This document shows positions 58,883-64,000 of a DNA stretch of 64,000 nt, piece after piece. The notes below the pieces were generated by a model that saw nothing but the letters and a program-made list of their open reading frames with translations, made no database searches and was not told the origin of the DNA. Origin of the DNA: Nitrospirota bacterium (lineage in GTDB: Bacteria > Nitrospirota > UBA9217); NCBI GenBank assembly GCA_963749655.1, contig CAVVOB010000020.1, positions 1-64,000 on the forward strand, in the 5' to 3' direction. Numbering within the stretch: position 1 is the stretch's first letter; every line of letters starts with the position of its first letter. Made by a program: the position numbers and the translations under genes.

Positions 58883-60055
58883 ATGCACAAGTCCACCATC
58901 CTCATCACCTGTCCCAAGGGCATCCCCCCCCTTTTAAAGCAGGAACTGCTCTCCCTCGGATTTCCGGTGCTGACCGAGCTTGTCGCAGGCGTCGAGACCG
59001 AAGGCACCCTCGACGACGCCCTGCGGCTCAATCTTTTTTTGCGCACAGGCCATCGCGTATTGTATCTCCTCAAGGAATTTAAAGCGCACAACACCGACGA
59101 ACTCTACGAACAGATCTTCGCCGTCGACTGGGAATCCCATATTTCAGAAGAGGGATATGTCTGTGTCACGTCGAGCGTGGAGACTCCCAGCATCAGGGAC
59201 GCGCGTTTTGCCACCCTCAAGTGCAAGGACGCCATCGTGGACAGGATCAAGAAAAAGACGGGCAGTCGGCCCGATTCCGGCCCGGAGCGGGACAAGTCCG
59301 TCGTTCATCTCTACTGGAGGGATGATCGCGGGGCGATCTATCTCGACACTTCCGGCGAACCCCTTTCCCGGCGCGGCTATCGTAAAATCCCGCTCGGCGC
59401 GCCGATGCAGGAGACGCTGGCTGCCGCCGTAGTGCTCGCAACGGGATGGGACGGCCGCAGCGCATTCGTCAATCCCATGTGCGGCAGCGGCACCCTTGCC
59501 ATCGAGGCGGCGCTCATCGGCCTTCACAGGGCGCCCGGAATCCTGCGCAGCAATTTCGGCTTCATGCATCTCAAGGGCTTCCGGGAGCAGGTCTGGAGTG
59601 AACTGCGCGAGGACTCAAAAGGAGACGCAAGGAAACAGCCGGCTGGCGTGATCATTGCAACCGACATCAGTCCCGATGCCGTTGAAGCGGCACGGAAGAA
59701 CGCCGTAACCGCAGGCGTTGAACACCTCATTGACTTCGAGGTCTGCGACTTCGAAGATACGCCGCTTGCGGGAGGCTCCGGCGTGGTTGTCATGAATCCG
59801 GCATACGGGGAACGCCTCGGGGAGGCCGCGCAGCTCGAAGCGCTCTACGGCCGCATCGGCGACTACTACAAGCGGAAGTGCAGGGGTTTTACCGGATATG
59901 TGTTCACAGGAAATCCCGTCCTTGCCAAAAAAGTAGGCCTGAAGCCGAAACGCTCCTGTCAGTTTTTCAACAGCGGTATTGAATGCCGCCTGCTCGAATA
60001 CGATCTCTATGAAGGAAGCAAAAAACCCGGCAAGCTGAAACCGGCGGATCCCTGA
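58883..60055 (+). CDS. THUMP-domain RNA methyltransferase (RlmL-like)
   Basis: KDAIVD, DTSGEPL.RRGYR, AP..ETLAAA, PMCGSGT and NPAYGERL. Confidence 0.9.
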   Translation: MHKSTILITCPKGIPPLLKQELLSLGFPVLTELVAGVETEGTLDDALRLNLFLRTGHRVLYLLKEFKAHNTDELYEQIFAVDWESHISEEGYVCVTSSVETPSIRDARFATLKCKDAIVDRIKKKTGSRPDSGPERDKSVVHLYWRDDRGAIYLDTSGEPLSRRGYRKIPLGAPMQETLAAAVVLATGWDGRSAFVNPMCGSGTLAIEAALIGLHRAPGILRSNFGFMHLKGFREQVWSELREDSKGDARKQPAGVIIATDISPDAVEAARKNAVTAGVEHLIDFEVCDFEDTPLAGGSGVVVMNPAYGERLGEAAQLEALYGRIGDYYKRKCRGFTGYVFTGNPVLAKKVGLKPKRSCQFFNSGIECRLLEYDLYEGSKKPGKLKPADP

Positions 60056-60194
60056 CGGTACTTCACACCCCGTCTTTTTTCATGGCTCAAACCCCTCCCT
60101 TTTCAGCAATTTATGCTAAAATAAACCACAGTGTCGGACAATAATCTTGCCACTATCTTTTTTAGGTTGAACGTACACATCACAGGGAAAAGAG

Positions 60195-60926
60195 ATGATA
60201 CGCGAGAGAATTCTGGCCTGGTTGGCATGGGCACTGGTATCGATCTGGAGCAGGACCATACGGCTGCGCTTTCTGAATGGGTTGCCGGCCTTGCCGGGCT
60301 CGCCTGAAGGCGGCACTTTTATCTATGCCTTCTGGCATGGGAACCTGTTTCTGCTGCTCCACTCCCATCGAGGCTCCGGCATCCTGATCCCGGCAAGCGA
60401 AAGCAGGGACGGAGAAATCATGGCTCGGCTGCTGAAGCACCTGGGATTCGGCGTCGTGCGCGGATCGAGCAACCGCAAGGGCCATAAGGCCCTCCGGGCC
60501 TTGATCCGGGGAATTCGGCGGGGAAAGAGCGCCGCTATAGCGGTTGACGGACCTCGCGGCCCTCTGCATAAAGTGAAGCAGGGTGCGAGCTTCCTTGCTG
60601 GTACGCTGAAGGTCCCCGTTGTTCCCGTTGCGACAGCCGCGAGGCGGCTCTGGATCCTTGAAAAAAGCTGGGACAGACTGGAAGTCCCGGTTCCGTTTAC
60701 GCGGGGCCTCGTGCTCTATGGAGATCCGATCATGGTGAACGGCACATCGGATGAGGAGATAGCAGAGGGCCAGCGAATGCTGGAGGCAGAACTGCAGAGG
60801 CTGACCCGGGTTGCGCAGGCTCATGCAAGGGCCATCGGCAGCAATGCCCGCAACGACAATCTCCCAGTGTCCGACAGGCCGGACAGATCATGGATATCTG
60901 CCAAGAAGGATAAAGGTTTACTCTGA
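60195..60926 (+). CDS. DUF374 / lysophospholipid acyltransferase family protein
   Basis: AFWHG, S.SRDGE, VRGSS, DGPRGP and SWD...P.PF. Confidence 0.88.
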   Translation: MIRERILAWLAWALVSIWSRTIRLRFLNGLPALPGSPEGGTFIYAFWHGNLFLLLHSHRGSGILIPASESRDGEIMARLLKHLGFGVVRGSSNRKGHKALRALIRGIRRGKSAAIAVDGPRGPLHKVKQGASFLAGTLKVPVVPVATAARRLWILEKSWDRLEVPVPFTRGLVLYGDPIMVNGTSDEEIAEGQRMLEAELQRLTRVAQAHARAIGSNARNDNLPVSDRPDRSWISAKKDKGLL

Positions 60927-61151
60927 CGAAGCCCCAATAACGAGCTATTCATGGTGGTAAGCAGAGCAAAGCGTGCCGGCGGATCCCGACATCGGCAGAA
61001 GTGATCGATACTGTCTCCGTAACTTTTCTTCTCACCATCTATTTCCCGTCATTTTTCCCACATCCCCTAAAAATACCCGTAGCGGGTGATTTACAGATAC
61101 GGCGCGACTTTTGTACACTATAGTACCATCCTCACTGCAGAGGGATTTACT

Positions 61152-61482
61152 ATGCCGGTGTTGTGTCGGCATTGCGAGGATGCGCCCTGTTTTGAACGCC
61201 TGTATCAGCGGCTGTCTGTACCGGGATGAGCAGGGGTTCGTCAGGAGAAAGAAAGAGCGATGCATCGGTTGCTGGACATGCATGATGATGTGCCCTTTCG
61301 GAGTGATAATGAAAGACAAAACAAAGAAGATCGCTGTGAAGTGCGACCGCTGTCACAAGCTTGATGTCCCGGCCTGCGTTGCTGCCTGCCCCACGGGCGC
61401 CCTCTTTCTGGAAGAGGCGAAGGACGTAGCGCGGGAGAAGCGGAAGCGTCTGGTCCTGACGGAAGCAAAGGGGGTGGCATAG
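61152..61482 (+). CDS. 4Fe-4S dicluster electron-transfer protein (CooF/DmsB-like), one frameshift, lacks the first Cys group
   Basis: MPVLCRHCEDAPC joins NACISG...CIGCWTCMMMCP...KCDRC...CVAACP if one T is removed at about 61180. Confidence 0.8.
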
Positions 61483-62718
61483 ATGCGCCATGTGATCATC
61501 GGCGGCAGCATTGCCGGCATATCAGCCGCCCGTTCTATTCGCGTTCTCGACGCCGGCGCTGATATCACCATGGTATCGGGGGAGATGGCGAAGCCCTACT
61601 ATCGGCCCCTGATCCCGTCAGTGATCGAGAAGGGGACTGTCGATATAGGCTTCGTCGACGATCCTATCGAAACGTACAGCATCCGGAACGTCTACGACAC
61701 CGCAAACGGCGTCGATCCGGGAGCGCAGCAGGTCCTTCTTGCATCGGGTGGACGCCTGCCCTATGACCGGTTGTTGATCGCGACAGGATGCAGAGCCGTG
61801 ATCCCTCCGATCGCAGGGCTTCAGGGGCCGGGTGTGTACGCCCTGAGGACGCTTGACGACGCGTTAAGCATACAGGCCGCGGCCCGGGGGAAAAAGCACG
61901 CCGTTGTCCTGGGGGGCGGGTTCGTAGGCATCAAGTCGGCGATTGCGCTGAAGCGCCTCGGTCTGAAAGTCACGCTGCTGGAGAAATTGGACCGCATATT
62001 GTACGAAAAGCTCGACAGACGGGGGTCAGCGATGATTACCGATCTGATCAAGCGTGAGAATATCGACATCATCACGAACCAGTCTGATTATGAGATCGTC
62101 CGACAGGGCGGCGCTCTCCGATCCCTACGGCTGGCTTCGGGCCGGATCATCGATACCGATCTTATCGTTGTCGCCGTGGGAACGAAACCGAATGTGGAAC
62201 CGTTCCGGAATGCCGGCATCAAGATAAACAAAGGGATTTTGATCGGGGAAACGCTCGAAACGAGCATTCCCGGCGTCTATGCAGCGGGGGACGTCGTGGA
62301 ATACCGCGATATGGTCTCAAAAACGGCTGCCGTAAGCGCCTTCTGGACGAACGCAGAAGAGATGGGAAGACTGGCGGGAAAGAACATGGCCGGATCATCC
62401 GTCAGGTATACAGGGTTCCTGTCCCTGATGAATACCGCTGAAATCATGAACGTGGCGGTCACTGCGATCGGCCTGATCGATCCGCAGAACAATGGCTACG
62501 AGGTGTGCCTCCAGGGCGACGGGGATTCTTACCGCAAGCTGGTGTTCAGGAAAGATGTCATGGTGGGCGCGTTATTCATCGGCAGTGAAGAGCGGATGGG
62601 CGTATATACTTACCTGATCAGGAACCAGATTCCGATGGGAAAGCTGAAGGGGCTGGCCCTGCAGGGCAAACTGGGCTACATCGATTTTGTGAAGACGGCG
62701 GCAATCCCGACGGCCTGA
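61483..62718 (+). CDS. NAD(P)/FAD-dependent oxidoreductase (NADH:rubredoxin/NirB N-terminal-like)
   Basis: GGSIAG, YYRP, YDRLLIATG, GGGFVG and YAAGD. Confidence 0.9.
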   Translation: MRHVIIGGSIAGISAARSIRVLDAGADITMVSGEMAKPYYRPLIPSVIEKGTVDIGFVDDPIETYSIRNVYDTANGVDPGAQQVLLASGGRLPYDRLLIATGCRAVIPPIAGLQGPGVYALRTLDDALSIQAAARGKKHAVVLGGGFVGIKSAIALKRLGLKVTLLEKLDRILYEKLDRRGSAMITDLIKRENIDIITNQSDYEIVRQGGALRSLRLASGRIIDTDLIVVAVGTKPNVEPFRNAGIKINKGILIGETLETSIPGVYAAGDVVEYRDMVSKTAAVSAFWTNAEEMGRLAGKNMAGSSVRYTGFLSLMNTAEIMNVAVTAIGLIDPQNNGYEVCLQGDGDSYRKLVFRKDVMVGALFIGSEERMGVYTYLIRNQIPMGKLKGLALQGKLGYIDFVKTAAIPTA

Positions 62719-62828
62719 ACTCAGCCCGTGCGTCATCGCTGAGGATCCATCTTGCCTCCGATGCAGCTCTCATCGTCCAGCTGAGTATTTCACTGACCTC
62801 CTTACGCGGAGCGGTCTGATCACCCCCC

Positions 62829-63644
62829 TTAGACCGCTCCGTTTCTTTTTATTACAATCACCGCGAGAATGATGAAGATCGCACAGTCGGCGACGACATG
62901 GGCCGCCCACGGCGCCAGCATGCCGCCGCTTTTCCGCCGGATCCCGCCGAGCATGGCGCCGTACACCACGGTCATCACCAGTCCCCACCCTCCGCTGGGA
63001 AACCCCTGGAGATAATGCATTGCGCCGAAAAGCCATGCTTGGCCGAGAAGGGACAGGGCGCCCGGTCCTGCCGCGCTGTCGCACGCCTGCATGATAATGC
63101 CGCGGAAGACGGCCTCTTCCAGCGCCGCGTTTCCGAGGGCGAAGGAAAGTCCGGCAAACGGCAGGAGCCAAAGCGCCATGCCCGGAAAAGAAGCAAGGTG
63201 CAGGCTGACGTCAGGTCTGAGGAGACGGTACCACAAGTACAGAGCTATGATCGACAGGGCCGAAACCGAAAGGGTGAGGAGCGCGATCATCCCGGTGAAG
63301 CGTCCTGTTCGGAGCCACTGGATCGTTCGGCGAAGGCGCCGTACGGGCAGGACAACGGCCAGGTAGGCCGCCAAAGGAACGAGGAGGGCAGAGGGCCAGC
63401 CGCGTAATGACGGGATCAGAAAGGGCGCTGCGGCGAGTGCGGCGGCAAACAGTGCCAGGTGCAGCGACGGGGAGTCCCTTGCAGCCAGGGCTGCTATAAC
63501 GAGGACGAGAGCGAAAAAAACGGTCCATCCTCCGATGGTGTGCGAAAAGGGGATAAGAGAAAGAAGAAGGACATCGCATGCGATTATGACGGTACCTGCG
63601 GCGCTTGCAGGCTGTGGTGCGGTCACGGGACGAGCAGGGGGCAT
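62829..63644 (-). CDS. CPBP (CAAX/Abi) intramembrane glutamic protease
   Basis: EEAVFRG, FGAMH and AHVVAD motifs. Confidence 0.9.
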   Translation of the reverse strand: MPPARPVTAPQPASAAGTVIIACDVLLLSLIPFSHTIGGWTVFFALVLVIAALAARDSPSLHLALFAAALAAAPFLIPSLRGWPSALLVPLAAYLAVVLPVRRLRRTIQWLRTGRFTGMIALLTLSVSALSIIALYLWYRLLRPDVSLHLASFPGMALWLLPFAGLSFALGNAALEEAVFRGIIMQACDSAAGPGALSLLGQAWLFGAMHYLQGFPSGGWGLVMTVVYGAMLGGIRRKSGGMLAPWAAHVVADCAIFIILAVIVIKRNGAV

Positions 63645-63661
63645 GGCGTGAACCGGGCCGG

Positions 63662-64000
63662 TCAGGAAGAGGGCTGCGACAGGTCCTTGTCGCGATAGAG
63701 CTTGCGAAGCTCTTTCTTCATGATCTTGCCGGTTGCCGTCCTCGGCAGTTCTTCCGTGAAGATGAACCGGCGCGGGATCTTGTAATGGGCCACGTGCTCG
63801 GTCAGAAATTCGCGGAGCGCCTTCGGCGTCGCCTGCGCGCCGTCACGGAGCACCACGTACATGATGGCCAGTTCCTTTCCCTCTTCATGCTCGTGCGGCA
63901 CGCCGATCATGGAGCAGTCCTTGACCGAAGCATGCCGGTACAGCACCTCTTCCACCTCGTATGGATAGACGTTCAGGCCGTCCACGATGATCATGTCTTT
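63662..64000 (-). CDS. Long-chain acyl-CoA synthetase (ANL family), C-terminal part
   Basis: KDMIIVDGLNVYPYEVEEVL, YKIPR and LPRTATGKI.K. Confidence 0.9.
   Translation of the reverse strand, partial: KDMIIVDGLNVYPYEVEEVLYRHASVKDCSMIGVPHEHEEGKELAIMYVVLRDGAQATPKALREFLTEHVAHYKIPRRFIFTEELPRTATGKIMKKELRKLYRDKDLSQPSS

Overview
The window looks like two unrelated genomic segments joined at about 19.8-20.4 kb. Segment 1 (1-19.85 kb) is very GC-rich and mostly on the minus strand. It is a catabolic/transport region: DRE-TIM enzyme, two TRAP systems, SDR, divergent transaldolase-family aldolase, sugar-binding protein, GntR regulators, aldo/keto reductase, LarA-like protein, Dpp/Opp ABC components and a HemL-like aminotransferase, plus MITE-like repeats. 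Its first ~7 kb carries many indels typical of low-coverage long reads. At the join, a GntR gene and a GNAT gene are both cut off at short microhomologies. Segment 2 (20.4-64 kb) is housekeeping chromosome, Nitrospirota/Desulfuromonadia-like by gene order (inference). It holds trxB, sppA, a long ppi-argG-argH-lipoprotein-lysA-dapF-dapA-dapB-dsbC-...-dapL-folK-dnk run, panC, rng, a GGDEF gene, a radical SAM gene and mreBCD-mrdA-rodA. The best leads are: (i) at least seven intergenic elements made of inverted arrays of 7-mer or 9-mer tandem units, with conserved architecture but varying unit sequence; (ii) an MsrB homolog lacking the catalytic Cys, next to a sigma54-driven small Cys-rich ORF; (iii) a DsbC with an N-terminal CxxCH heme motif in the same gene run as an LptM-like FN3 lipoprotein; (iv) a Zn-ribbon/PcrA-Tudor-like small protein. 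No rRNA, tRNA, CRISPR array or intact transposase was found. All family calls come from motif recognition by eye; no searches were run.
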